Shown piece after piece: positions 12,501 to 25,900 of a DNA stretch of 64,000 nucleotides. The stretch lies in contig OZ024741.1 in the NCBI GenBank assembly GCA_964016885.1, positions 8,742,001 to 8,806,000 on the forward strand, written 5' to 3'. Below the pieces are notes generated by a model. It searched no databases. It was given only the letters and a program-made list of their open reading frames with translations, and was not told where the DNA came from. Source of the stretch: Eledone cirrhosa. Its lineage: Eukaryota. Made by a program: the position numbers and the translations under genes. Numbering within the stretch: position 1 is the first letter of the stretch; each line of letters begins with the position of its first letter.

Positions 12501-15127
12501 ACTCTGTCTGTATATCACTCTGTATACCAGCCTCTCTGTCTTCCAGCCTCTCTGTCTTCCAGCCACTCTGTCTTCAAGCCAGTCTGTCTTCCAGCCAGTC
12601 TGTCTTCCAGCCTCTCTGTCTTCCAGCCAATCTATCTGAAAATCAGTCTGTCTTCCAGCCTCTCTGTCTTCCAGCAAATCTGTCTGTATATCAGTCTGTC
12701 TTCCAGCCACTCTGTCTTCCAGCCACTCTGTCTTCCAGCCTCTCTGTCTTCCAGCCACTCTCTCTTCCAGCCTCTCTGTCTTCCAGCCACTCTGTCTGTA
12801 TATCAGTCTGTCTTCCAGCCACTCTGTCTTCCAGCCTCTCTATCTTCCAGCCTCTCTGTCTTCCAGTCTCTCTGTCTGTATATCAGTCAATCTTCCAGCT
12901 TCTCTGACTTCCAATCTCTCTGTCTGTATATCAGTCTGTCTTCCAGCCTCTCTGTCTTCCAGCCACTCTGTCTTCCAGCCACTCTGTATGTATATCAGTC
13001 TGTCTTCCAGCCACTCTGTCTTCCAGCCGCTCTGTCTTCCAGCCTATCTGTATTCCAGCCACTCTGTCTGTATATCAGTCTGTCTTCCAGCCTCTCACTC
13101 TTCCAGCCACTCTGTCTGTATATCAGTCTCTCTTTCAGCCAAACTCTCTACCAGCCTCTCTGTCTTCCAGCCACTCTGTCTTCCAGCCAATCTGTCTGTA
13201 TATCAGTCTGTCTTCCAGCCTCTCTGTCTTCCAGCCCCTCTGTCTGTATATCAGTCTGTCTTCCAGCCACTCTGTCTGTATATCAGTCTGTCTTCCAGCC
13301 TCTCTGTCTTCCAGCCGCTCTGTCTTTCAGCCAATCTGTCTGTATATCAGTATGTCTTCCAGCCACTCTGTGTGTATATCAGTCTGTGTTCCCGCCTCTC
13401 TGTCTGTATATCAGTGTGTCTTCCAGCCCCTCTGTCTTCCAGCCACTCTGTCTCCCAGCCACTCTGTCTTCCAGCCTCTCTTTCTTCCAGCCGCTCTGTC
13501 TTCCAACCTCTCTGTCTTCTAGCCTCTCTGTCTTCTAGCCTCTCTGTCTTCAAGCCACTCTGTCTGTATATCAGTCTGTCTTCCAGCCACTCTGTCTTCC
13601 AGCCTCTCTGTCTTCTAGCCTCTCTGTCTTCAAGCCACTCTGTCTGTATATCAGTCTGTCTTCCAGCCTCTCTGTCGTCCAGCCATTCTGTCTGTATATC
13701 AGTCTGTCTTCCAGCCTCTCTGTCTTCCAGCCACTCTGTCTGTATATGTCTGTCTTCCAGCCACTCTGTCTGTATATCAATCTGTCTTTCTTCAGCCTCT
13801 CTGTCTTCCAGCCAATCTATCTGTAAATCAGTCTATCTTCCAACCTCTCTGTCTTCCAGCCAATCTGTCTGTATATCAGTCCGTCTTCCAGCCACTCTCT
13901 ATGTATATCAGTCTGTCTTCCAGCCTCTCACTCTTCCAGCCACTCTGTCTGTATATCAGTCTGCCTTCCAGCCACTCTGTCTGCATATCAGTCTGTATTC
14001 CAGCCTCTCTGTCTTACAGCCACTCTGTCTTCCAGTCTCTCTGTCTGTATATCAGTCTGTCTTCCAGCCTCTCTTTCTTACAGCCTCTCCGTCTTCCAGC
14101 CACTCTGTCGGTATATCAGTCTGTCTTCCAGCCTCTCTGTCTTCCAGCCTCTCTGTCTGTACATCAGTCTATCTTCCAGCCACTCTGTCTGTATATCAGT
14201 CTGTATTCCAGCCTCTCTGTCTTCCAGCCACTCTGTCTGTATATGTCTGTCATCCATCTACTCTGTCTTCCAGCCAATCTATCTGTATATCAGTCTGTCT
14301 TCCAGCCTCTCTGTCTTCCAGCCACTCTGTCTTCCAGCCTCTCTGTCTTCCAGCCTCTCTGTCTTCAAGCCTATCTGTCTTCAAGCCACTCTGTCGGTAT
14401 ATCAGTCTGTCTTCCAGCCTCTCTGTCTGTATATCAGTCTGCCTTCCAGCCTCTCTGTCTTCCAGCCTCTCTGTCTTCCAGTCTCACTGTCTTCAAGCCT
14501 ATCTGTCTTCAAGCCACTCTGTCTGTATATCAGTCTGTCTTCCAGCCTCTCTGTCTTCCAGCCTCCCTGTCCTCCAGCCAATCTGTCTTACAGCCTCTAT
14601 GTATTCCAGCCACTTTGTCTGTATATCAGTCTGTCTTCCAGCCTCTCTGTCTTCCAGCCACTCTGTCGGTATATCAGTCTGTCTACCAGCCTCTCTGTCT
14701 TCCAGCCTCTCTGTCTTCAAGCCTATCTGTCTTCAAGCCTCTCTGTCTGTATATCAGTCTGTCTTCCAGCCTCTCTGTCTTCCAGCCTCTCTGTCTTCCA
14801 GCCAGTCTGTCTTTCAGCCACTCTGTCTGTATATCAGTATGTCTTCCACCCACTCTGTCTTCCAGCCACTCTGACTGTATATCAGTCTGTCTTCCAGCCT
14901 CTCTGTCTTCGAGCCACTCTGTCTTCCAGCCACTCTGTCTTCCAGCCAGTCTCTCTTCCAGCCAGTCTGTCTTCCTGCCACTCTGTCTTCCAGCCTCTCT
15001 GTCTTCCAGGCACTTTGTTTTCTAGCCTCTCTGTCTTCCAGCCTCTCTGTCTTCCAGCCACTCTCTCTCCCAGCCACTCTGTCTTACAGCCTCTCTGTCT
15101 TCCATCCACTCCCTCTTCCAACCTCTC

Positions 15128-18100
15128 TGTCTTCCAGTCACTCTGTCTTCCAGCCTCTCTGTCTTCCAGCCTCTCTGTCTTCCAGCCACTCTGTCTGTAC
15201 ATCAGTCTGTCTTACAGCCAGTCTGTATGTATATCAGTCTGTCTTCCAGCCTCTCTATCTTCCAGCCACTCTGCCTTCCAGCCATTCTGTCTTCCAGCCT
15301 CTCTGTCTTCCAGCCACTCTGTCTTCCAGCCTCTCTGTCTTCTAGCCTCTCTGTCTTCAAGCCACTCTGTCTGTATATCACTCTGTCTTCCAGCTTCTCT
15401 GTCTTCCAGTCTCTCTGTCTGTATATCAGTCTGTCTTCCAGCCTCTCTGTCGTCCAGCTATTCTGTCTGTATATCAGTCTTTCTTCCAACCTCTCTGTCT
15501 TCCAGTCTCTCTGTCTGTATATGTCTGTCTTCCAGCCACTCTGTCTGTATATCAATCTGTCTTCCAGCCTCTCTGTCTTCCAGCCAATCTGTCTGTATAT
15601 CAGTCTGTCTGTATATCAGTCTGTCTTCCAGCCTCTCACTCTTCCAGCCACTCTGTCTGTATATCAGTCTGTATTCCAGCCTCTCTGTCTTCCAGCCACT
15701 CTGTCTTCCAGACTCTCTGTCTGTATATCAGTCTGTATTCCAGCCTCTCTGTCTTCCAGCCTCTCTGTCTTCCAGCCACTCTGTCGGTATATCAGTATGT
15801 CTTCCAGCCTCTCTGTCTTCCAGCCAATCTGTCTGTATACCAGTCTGTCTTCCAGCCTCTCTGTCTTCCAGCCTCTCTGTCTTCAAGCCTATCTGTCTTC
15901 AAGCCACTCTTTCGGTATATCAGTCTGTCTTCCAGCCTCTCTCTCTTCCAGTCTCTCTGTCTGTATATCAGTCTATCTTCCAGCCACTCTGTCTGTATAT
16001 CAGTCTGTCTTCCAGCCTCTCTGTCTTCCAGCCACTCTGTCTGTATATGTCTGTCATCCAGCTACTCTGTCTTCCAGCCAATCTATCTGTATATCAGTCT
16101 GTCTTCCTGCCTCTCTGTCTTCCAGCCACTCTGTCTGTATATCAGTCTGTCTTCCAGCCTCTCACTCTTCCAGCCACTCTGTCTGTATATCAGTCTGTCT
16201 TCCAGCCTCTCTGTCTTCCAGCAACTCTGTCTGTACATCAGTCTGTCTTCCAGCCACTCTGTCTGTATATCAGTCTGTGTTCCAGCCTCTCTGTCTGTAT
16301 ATCAGTCTGTCTTCCAGCCTGTCTGTCTTCCAGCCACTCTGCCTTCCAGCCACTCTGTCTTCCAGCCTCTCTGTCTTCCAGCCAGTATGTCTTCCAGCCT
16401 CTCTGTCTGTATATCAGTCTGTCTTCCAGCCGCTCTCTCTTCCAGCCTCTCTATTCTTCCAGCCACTCTGTCCCTATTTCAGACTGTCTTCCAGCCTCTT
16501 TGTCTTCCAGCCACTCTGTCTGTATATTAGTCTGTCTTCCAGACACTCTGTCTTCCAGCCACTCTCTCTTCCAGCCTCTCTGTCTTCCAGCCTCTCTGTC
16601 TTCCAACCTCTCTGTCTGTATATTAGTCTGTCTCCGAACCTCTCTGTCTTCCAGCCACTCTGTCTTCCAGCCACTCTGTCTGTATATCAGTCTGTCTTCC
16701 AGCCTCTCTGTCTGTATATCAGTCTGTCTTCCAGCCTCTCTGTCTACAAGCCACTCTGTCTTCTAGCCACTCAGTCTTCCAGTCGTTCTAACTGTATATC
16801 AGTCTGTCTTCCAGCCACTCTGTTTTCCAGCCACACTGTCATCCAGGCACTCTGTCTTCCAGCCTCTCTGTCTTCCAGCCATTCAGCCTTCCAGACTATC
16901 TGTCTTCCAGCCTCTCGGTCTTACAGCCACTGTGTCTGTATATCAGACTGTCTTCCACCCTCTCTGTCTTCCAGCCACTCTGTCTTCCAGCCACTCTGTC
17001 TCTATATCAGTCTGTCTTCCAGCCACTCTGTCTTCCAGACACTGTCTGTATATCAGTCTCTCTTCCAGCCTCTCTGTCTTCCAGCCACTCTGTCTTCCTG
17101 CCTCTCTGTCTTCTAGTCTCTCAGTCTGTATATCAGTCTGTCTTCCAGCCAATCTGTGTTCCAGTTTCTCTGTCTGTATATTAGTCTGTCTTCCAGCCTC
17201 ACTGTCTTCCAGCCACTCTGTCTTCCAGCCACATTGTCATCCAGTCACTCTGTCTTCCAGCCTCTCTGTCTTCCAGTCTCTTTGTCTGTATATCAGTCTG
17301 TCTTCCAGCCCCTCTGTCTTCCAGCCACTCTGTCTTCCAGCCACTATGTCTGTATATCAGTCTGTCTTCCAGCCACTCTGTCTTCCAGCCATTCTGTCTG
17401 TATATCAGTCTGTCTTCCAGCCACACTGTCTTCCAGCCACTCTGTCTTCCAGCCACTCTCTCTTCCAGCCTCTCTGTCTTCCAGCCACTCTGTCTGTATA
17501 TTATTCTGTTTCTGAGCCTCTCTGTCTTCCAGCCACTCTGTCTTCTAGCCTCTCTGTCTGTATATCAGTCTGTCTCCCAGCCTCTCTGTCTTCCAGTCAC
17601 TCTGTGTTCCAGACACTCTGTCTGTATATCAGTTTGTCTTCCAGCCACTCTGTCTTCCAGCCACTCAGTCTTCCAGACTCTCTGTCTTCCACCCTCTCTG
17701 TCTTCCAGCCACTGTGTCTGTATATCAGACTGTCTTCCAGCCTCTCTGTATTCCAGCCACTCTGTCTTCCAGCCAGTCTGTCCGTATATCAATATGTCTT
17801 CCAGCCAATCTGTCTTCCAGACACTCTGTCTGTATATCAGTCTGTCTTCCAGCCTCTCTCTCTGTATATCACTCTGTCTTCCAGCCACTCTGTCTTCCAG
17901 CCAGTCTGTCTTCCAGGCTCTCTGTCTTCCAGCCTCTCTGTCTTCCAGTCTCTCTGTCTTCCAGCCACTCTGTCTTCCAGCCTCTCTGTCTTCCAGCCAC
18001 TCTGTCTTCCAGCCAGACTGTCTTCCAGCCTCTCTGTCTTCCAGCCTCTCTGTCTTCCAGTCTCTCTGTCTTCCAGCCTCTCTGTCTTCCAGTCTCTCTG

Positions 18101-21100
18101 TCTTCCAGCCACTCTGTCTTCCAGCCAGTCTGTCTTCCAGCCTCTCTCTCTGTATATCACTCTGTCTTCCAGCCTCTCTGTCTTCCAGCCACTCTGTCTT
18201 CCAGCCACTCTGTCTTCCAGCCAGTCTGTCTTCCAGCCTCTCTGTCTTCCAGCCTCTCTGTCTTCCAGTCTCTCTGTCTTCCAGCCTCTCTGTCTTCCAG
18301 TCTCTCTGTCTGTATATCAGTCTGTCTTCCAGCCAAATCTGTCTTCCAGTTTCTCTGTCTGTATATTAGTCTGTCTTCCAGCCTCACTGTCTTCCAGCCA
18401 CTCTGGGTGCATAACAGTCTGTCTTCCAGCCACTCTGTCTTCCAGTCGTTCTAACTGTATATCAGTCTGTCTTCCAGCCACTCTGTCTTCCACCACACTG
18501 TCATCCAGGCACTCTGTCTTCCAGCCTCTCTGTCTTCCAGTATCTTTGTCTTCATATCAGTCTGTCTTCCAGCCACACTGTCTTCCAGTTTCTCTGTCTG
18601 TATATTAGTCTGTCTTCCAGACACTCTGTCTTCCAGCCACTCTCTCTTCCAGCCTCTCTGTCTTCGAGCCACTCTCTCTTCCAGCCTCTCTGTCTTCCAA
18701 CCACTCTGTCTGTATATCAGTCTGTCTTCCAGCCTCTCTGTCTTCCAGCCTCTCTCTCTGTATATTAGTCTGTCTTCCAGCCTCCTCTCTGTCTTCCAGC
18801 CTCTCTGTCTTCCAGTCATTCAGCCTTCCAGACTATCTGTCTTCCAGCCTCTCTGTCTTACAGCCACTGTGTCTGTATATCAGACTGTCTTCCAGCCTCT
18901 CTGTCTTCCAGCCATTCTGTCTTCCAGCCACTCTGTCTCTATATCAGTCTGTCTTCCAGCCACTCTGTCTGTATATCAGTCTGTCTTCTAGCCTCTCTGT
19001 CTTCCAACCTCTCTCTCTGTATATCAGTCTGTCTTCCAGCCTCTCTGTCTTCCAGCCTCTCTGTCTTCCAGCCATTCAGCCTTCCAGACTATCTGTCTTC
19101 CAGCCTCTCTGTCTTACAGCCACTGTGTCTGTATATCAGACTGTCTTCCAGCCTCTCTGTCTTCCAGCCATTCTGTCTTCCAGGCTCTCTGTCTGTATAT
19201 CAGTCTGTCTCCCAGCCTCTCTGTCTTCCAGTCACTCTGTGTTCCAGCCACTCTGTCTGTATATCAGTCTGTCTTCCAGCCACTCTGTCTTCCAGCCACT
19301 CAGTCTTCCAGACTCTCTGTCTTCCACCCTCTCTGTCTTCCAGCCACTGTGTCTGTATATCAGACTGTCTTCCAGCTTCTCTGTATTCCAGCCACTCTGT
19401 CCGTATATCAATATGTCTTCCAGCCACTCTGTCTTCCAGACACTCTGTCTGTATATCAGTCTGTCTTCCAGCCTCTCTCTCTGTATATCACTCTGTCTTC
19501 CAGCCTCTCTGTCTTCCAGCCACTCTGTCTTCCAGCCACTCTGTCTTCCAGCCAGTCTGTCTTCCAGCCTCTCTGTCTTCCAGCCTCTCTGTCTTCCAGT
19601 CTCTCTGTCTTCTAGCCACTCTGTCTTCCAGCCAGTCTGTCTTCCAGCCTCTCTGTCTTCCAGCCTCTCTGTCTTCCAGTCTCCGTGTCTTCCAGCCTCT
19701 CTGTCTTCCAGTCTCTCTGTCTTCCAGCCACTCTGTCTTCCAGCCAGTCTGTCTTCCAGCCTCTCTCTCTGTATATCACTCTGTCTTCCAGCCTCTCTGT
19801 CTTCCAGCCACTCTGTCTTCCAGCCACTCTGTCTTCCAGCCAGTCTGTCTTCCAGCCAGACTGTCTTCCAGCCTCTCTGTCTTCCAGCCTCTCTCTCTTC
19901 CAGTCTCTCTGTCTTCCAGCCTCTCTGTCTTCCAGTCTCTCTGTCTGTATATCAGTCTGTCTTCCAGCCAAATCAGTCTTCCAGTTTCTCTGTCTGTATA
20001 TTAGTCTGTCTTCCAGCCTCACTGTCTTCCAGTCTCTTTGTCTGTATATCAGTCTGTCTTCCAGCCACTCTGTCTGTATATTAGTCTGTCTTCCAGCAAC
20101 TCTGTCTTCCAGCCACTCTCTCTTCCAGCCTCTCTGTCTTCCAGCCACTCTCTCTTCCAGCCTCTCTGTCTTCCAGCCTCTCTGTCTGTATATTAGTCTG
20201 TCTCCGAACCTCTCTGTCTTCCAGCCACTCTGTCATCCGGCCACTCTGTCTTCAAGCCACACTGTCTTCCAGCCACTCTGTCTTCCAGCCACTCTCTCTT
20301 CCAGCCTCTCTGTCTTCGAGCCACTCTCTCTTCCAGCCTCTCTGTCTTCCAACCACTCTGTCTGTATATCAGTCTGTCTTCCAGCCTCTCTCTCATCCAG
20401 CCTCTCTCTCTGTATATCAGTCTGTCTTCCAGCCTCTCTGTCTTCCAGCCTCTCTGTCTTCCAGCCATTCAGCCTTCCAGACTATCTGTCTTCCAGCCTC
20501 TCTGTCTTACAGCCACTGTGTCTGTATATCAGACTGTCTTCCAGCCTCTCTGTCTTCCAGCCATTCTGTCTTCCAGCCACTCTGTCTCTATATCAGTCTG
20601 TCTTCCAGCCACTCTGTCTGTATATCAGTCTGTCTTCCAGCCTCTCTGTCTTCCAGCCTCTCTGTCTTCCAGCCTCTCTGTCTTCCAGCCATTCAGCCTT
20701 CCAGACTATCTGTCTTCCAGCCTCTCTGTCTTACAGCCATTCTGTCTTCCAACCACTCTGTCTCTATATCAGTCTGTCTTCCAGCCACTCTGTCTTCCAG
20801 CCTCTCTGTCTGTATATCAGTCTGTCTCCCAGCCTCTCTGTCTTCCAGTCACTCTGTATTCCAGCCACTCTGTCTGTATATCAGTCTGTCTTCCAGCCAC
20901 TCTGTCTTCCAGCCACTCAGTCTTCCAGACTCTCTGTCTTCCACCCTCTCTGTCTTCCAGTCTCTCTGTCTTCCAGCCACTCTGTCTTCCAGCCTCTCTG
21001 TCTTCCAGCCACTCTGTCTTCCAGCCAGTCTGTCTTCCAGCCTCTCTGTCTTCCAGTCTCTCTGTCTTCCAGCCTCTCTGTCTACCAGTCTCTCTGTCTT

Positions 21101-22950
21101 CCAGCCACTCTGTCTTCCAGCCAGTCTGTCTTCCAGCCTCTCTCTCTGTATATCACTCTGTCTTCCAGCCTCTCTGTCTTCCAGCCACTCTGTCTTCCAG
21201 CCACTCTGTCTTCCAGCCAGTCTGTCTTCCAGCCTCTCTGTCTTCCAGCCTCTCTGTCTTCCAGTCTCCCTGTCTTCCAGCCTCTCTGTCTTCCAGTCTC
21301 TCTGTCTGTATATCAGTCTGTCTTCCAGCCAAATCAGTCTTCCAGTTTCTCTGTCTGTATATTAGTCTGTCTTCCAGCCTCACTGTCTTCCAGCCACTCT
21401 GGGTGCATAACAGTCTGTCTTCCAGCCACTCTGTCTTCCAGTCGTTCTAACTGTATATCAGTCTGTCTTCCAGCCACTCTGTCTTCCACCACACTGTCAT
21501 CCAGGCACTCTGTCTTCCAGCCTCACTGTCTTCCAGCCACTCTGGGTGCATAACAGTCTGTCTTCCAGCCACTCTGTCTTCCAGTCGTTCTAACTGTATA
21601 TCAGTCTGTCTTCCAGCCACTCTGTCTTCCACCACACTGTCATCCAGGCACTCTGTCTTCCAGCCTCTCTGTCTTCCAGTTTCTCTGTCTGTATATTAGT
21701 CTGTCTTCCAGACACTGTCTTCCAGCCACTCTCTCTTCCAGCCTCTCCGTCTTCCAGCCTCTCTGTCTTCCAGCCTCTCTGTCTGTATATTAGTCTGTCT
21801 CCGAACCTCTCTGTCTTCCAGCCACTCTGTCTTCCAGCCACTCTGTCTGTATATCAGTCTGTCTTCCAGCCTCTCTGTCTGTATATCAGTCTGTCTTCCA
21901 GCCTCTCTGTCTTCCAGGCACTCTGTCTTCCAGCCGCACTGTCTTTCAGCCTCTCTGTCTTCTAGCCACTCTCTCTTCCAGCCTCTCTGTCTTCCAGCCT
22001 TGCTGTCTTCCAGCCACTCTGTCTGTATATCAGTCAGTCTTCCAGCCACTCTGTCTTCCAGCCAGTCTGTCTTCCAGCCTCTCTGCCTTCCAGCCTCTCT
22101 GTCTTCCAGCCTCTCTGTCTTCCAGCCACTCTGTCTTCCAGCCTCTCTGTCTTCCAGCCACTCTGTCTTCCAGCCTCTCTGTCTTCCAGTCTCTCTGTCT
22201 GTATATCAGTCTGTCTTCCAGCCTCACTGTCTTCCAGCCTCTCTCTCTGTATATTAGTCTGTCTTCCAGCCTCCTCTCTGTCTTCCAGCCTCTCTGTCTT
22301 CCAGCCATTCAGCCTTCCAGACTATCTGTCTTCCAGCCTCTCTGTCTTACAGCCACTGTGTCTGTATATCAGACTGTCTTCCAGCCTCTCTGTCTTCCAG
22401 CCATTCTGTCTTCCAGCCACTCTGTCTCTATATCAGTCTGTCTTCCAGCCACTCTGTCTGTATATCAGTCTGTCTTCTAGCCTCTCTGTCTTCCAACCTC
22501 TCTCTCTGTATATCAGTCTGTCTTCAAGCCTCTCTGTCTTCCAGCCTCTCTGTCTTCCAGCCATTCAGCCTTCCAGACTATCTGTCTTCCAGCCTCTCTG
22601 TCTTACAGCCACTGTGTCTGTATATCAGACTGTCTTCCAGCCTCTCTGTCTTCCAGCCATTCTGTCTTCCAGCCACTCTGTCTCTATATCAGTCTGTCTT
22701 CCAGCCACTCTGTCTTCCAGCCTCTCTGTCTGTATATCAGTCTGTCTCCCAGCCTCTCTGTCTTCCAGTCACTCTGTGTTCCAGCCACTCTGTCTGTATA
22801 TCAGTCTGTCTTCCAGCCACTCTGTCTTCCAGCCACTCAGTCTTCCAGACTCTCTGTCTTCCACCCTCTCTGTCTTCCAGCCACTGTGTCTGTATATCAG
22901 ACTGTCTTCCAGCCTCTCTGTATTCCAGCCACTCTGTCCGTATATCAATA
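15128..22950. repeat. ~7.8-kb tandem duplication, copy X
   Basis: The 629-aa ORFs at 15227 and 23050 translate identically (offset 7823). The offset changes to 7855, 7839 and 7696 along the unit. Junction: TGTCTTCCAGTCACT at 15128 matches 22951. Confidence 0.92.
21375..21665. repeat. 143-bp local duplication (also at ~47205-47495)
   Basis: CTGGGTGCATAACAGT occurs at 21399 and 21542, and at 47229 and 47372. 143 = 9x16-1 because the unit contains the 15-mer CTGTCTTCCACCACA. Confidence 0.9.
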
Positions 22951-25900
22951 TGTCTTCCAGTCACTCTGTCTTCCAGCCTCTCTGTCTTCCAGCCTCTCTG
23001 TCTTCCAGCCACTCTGTCTGTACATCAGTCTGTCTTACAGCCAGTCTGTATGTATATCAGTCTGTCTTCCAGCCTCTCTATCTTCCAGCCACTCTGCCTT
23101 CCAGCCATTCTGTCTTCCAGCCTCTCTGTCTTCCAGCCACTCTGTCTTCCAGCCTCTCTGTCTTCTAGCCTCTCTGTCTTCAAGCCACTCTGTCTGTATA
23201 TCACTCTGTCTTCCAGCTTCTCTGTCTTCCAGTCTCTCTGTCTGTATATCAGTCTGTCTTCCAGCCTCTCTGTCGTCCAGCTATTCTGTCTGTATATCAG
23301 TCTTTCTTCCAACCTCTCTGTCTTCCAGTCTCTCTGTCTGTATATGTCTGTCTTCCAGCCACTCTGTCTGTATATCAATCTGTCTTCCAGCCTCTCTGTC
23401 TTCCAGCCAATCTGTCTGTATATCAGTCTGTCTGTATATCAGTCTGTCTTCCAGCCTCTCACTCTTCCAGCCACTCTGTCTGTATATCAGTCTGTATTCC
23501 AGCCTCTCTGTCTTCCAGCCACTCTGTCTTCCAGACTCTCTGTCTGTATATCAGTCTGTATTCCAGCCTCTCTGTCTTCCAGCCTCTCTGTCTTCCAGCC
23601 ACTCTGTCGGTATATCAGTATGTCTTCCAGCCTCTCTGTCTTCCAGCCAATCTGTCTGTATACCAGTCTGTCTTCCAGCCTCTCTGTCTTCCAGCCTCTC
23701 TGTCTTCAAGCCTATCTGTCTTCAAGCCACTCTTTCGGTATATCAGTCTGTCTTCCAGCCTCTCTCTCTTCCAGTCTCTCTGTCTGTATATCAGTCTATC
23801 TTCCAGCCACTCTGTCTGTATATCAGTCTGTCTTCCAGCCTCTCTGTCTTCCAGCCACTCTGTCTGTATATGTCTGTCATCCAGCTACTCTGTCTTCCAG
23901 CCAATCTATCTGTATATCAGTCTGTCTTCCTGCCTCTCTGTCTTCCAGCCACTCTGTCTGTATATCAGTCTGTCTTCCAGCCTCTCACTCTTCCAGCCAC
24001 TCTGTCTGTATATCAGTCTGTCTTCCAGCCTCTCTGTCTTCCAGCAACTCTGTCTGTACATCAGTCTGTCTTCCAGCCACTCTGTCTGTATATCAGTCTG
24101 TGTTCCAGCCTCTCTGTCTGTATATCAGTCTGTCTTCCAGCCTGTCTGTCTTCCAGCCACTCTGCCTTCCAGCCACTCTGTCTTCCAGCCTCTCTGTCTT
24201 CCAGCCAGTATGTCTTCCAGCCTCTCTGTCTGTATATCAGTCTGTCTTCCAGCCGCTCTCTCTTCCAGCCTCTCTATTCTTCCAGCCACTCTGTCCCTAT
24301 TTCAGACTGTCTTCCAGCCTCTTTGTCTTCCAGCCACTCTGTCTGTATATTAGTCTGTCTTCCAGACACTCTGTCTTCCAGCCACTCTCTCTTCCAGCCT
24401 CTCTGTCTTCCAGCCTCTCTGTCTTCCAACCTCTCTGTCTGTATATTAGTCTGTCTCCGAACCTCTCTGTCTTCCAGCCACTCTGTCTTCCAGCCACTCT
24501 GTCTGTATATCAGTCTGTCTTCCAGCCTCTCTGTCTGTATATCAGTCTGTCTTCCAGCCTCTCTGTCTACAAGCCACTCTGTCTTCTAGCCACTCAGTCT
24601 TCCAGTCGTTCTAACTGTATATCAGTCTGTCTTCCAGCCACTCTGTTTTCCAGCCACACTGTCATCCAGGCACTCTGTCTTCCAGCCTCTCTGTCTTCCA
24701 GCCATTCAGCCTTCCAGACTATCTGTCTTCCAGCCTCTCGGTCTTACAGCCACTGTGTCTGTATATCAGACTGTCTTCCACCCTCTCTGTCTTCCAGCCA
24801 CTCTGTCTTCCAGCCACTCTGTCTCTATATCAGTCTGTCTTCCAGCCACTCTGTCTTCCAGACACTGTCTGTATATCAGTCTCTCTTCCAGCCTCTCTGT
24901 CTTCCAGCCACTCTGTCTTCCTGCCTCTCTGTCTTCTAGTCTCTCAGTCTGTATATCAGTCTGTCTTCCAGCCAATCTGTGTTCCAGTTTCTCTGTCTGT
25001 ATATTAGTCTGTCTTCCAGCCTCACTGTCTTCCAGCCACTCTGTCTTCCAGCCACATTGTCATCCAGTCACTCTGTCTTCCAGCCTCTCTGTCTTCCAGT
25101 CTCTTTGTCTGTATATCAGTCTGTCTTCCAGCCCCTCTGTCTTCCAGCCACTCTGTCTTCCAGCCACTATGTCTGTATATCAGTCTGTCTTCCAGCCACT
25201 CTGTCTTCCAGCCATTCTGTCTGTATATCAGTCTGTCTTCCAGCCACACTGTCTTCCAGCCACTCTGTCTTCCAGCCACTCTCTCTTCCAGCCTCTCTGT
25301 CTTCCAGCCACTCTGTCTGTATATTATTCTGTTTCTGAGCCTCTCTGTCTTCCAGCCACTCTGTCTTCTAGCCTCTCTGTCTGTATATCAGTCTGTCTCC
25401 CAGCCTCTCTGTCTTCCAGTCACTCTGTGTTCCAGCCACTCTGTCTGTATATCAGTTTGTCTTCCAGCCACTCTGTCTTCCAGCCACTCAGTCTTCCAGA
25501 CTCTCTGTCTTCCACCCTCTCTGTCTTCCAGCCACTGTGTCTGTATATCAGACTGTCTTCCAGCCTCTCTGTATTCCAGCCACTCTGTCTTCCAGCCAGT
25601 CTGTCCGTATATCAATATGTCTTCCAGCCAATCTGTCTTCCAGACACTCTGTCTGTATATCAGTCTGTCTTCCAGCCTCTCTCTCTGTATATCACTCTGT
25701 CTTCCAGCCTCTCTGTCTTCCAGCCACTCTGTCTTCCAGCCACTCTGTCTTCCAGCCAGTCTGTCTTCCAGGCTCTCTGTCTTCCAGCCTCTCTGTCTTC
25801 CAGTCTCTCTGTCTTCCAGCCACTCTGTCTTCCAGCCTCTCTGTCTTCCAGCCACTCTGTCTTCCAGCCAGACTGTCTTCCAGCCTCTCTGTCTTCCAGC

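Noticed and set aside
16934-16948. Inverted repeat GTCTG-TATAT-CAGAC in a C variant (and CTG-TATAT-CAG in every C)
   Set aside because: The stems are only 3-5 bp, too weak to support a terminator, cruciform or structured RNA call.
18322-18497. Compensating +1 (17-mer ...CCAAAT) and -1 (15-mer CTGTCTTCCACCACA) indels that restore 16-bp phase
   Set aside because: They co-occur in many copies by shared descent, but the 17-mer also occurs without the 15-mer (~19970, ~37690, ~41990). Uncompensated 14- and 19-mers shift the phase elsewhere, so there is no evidence of selection for phase.
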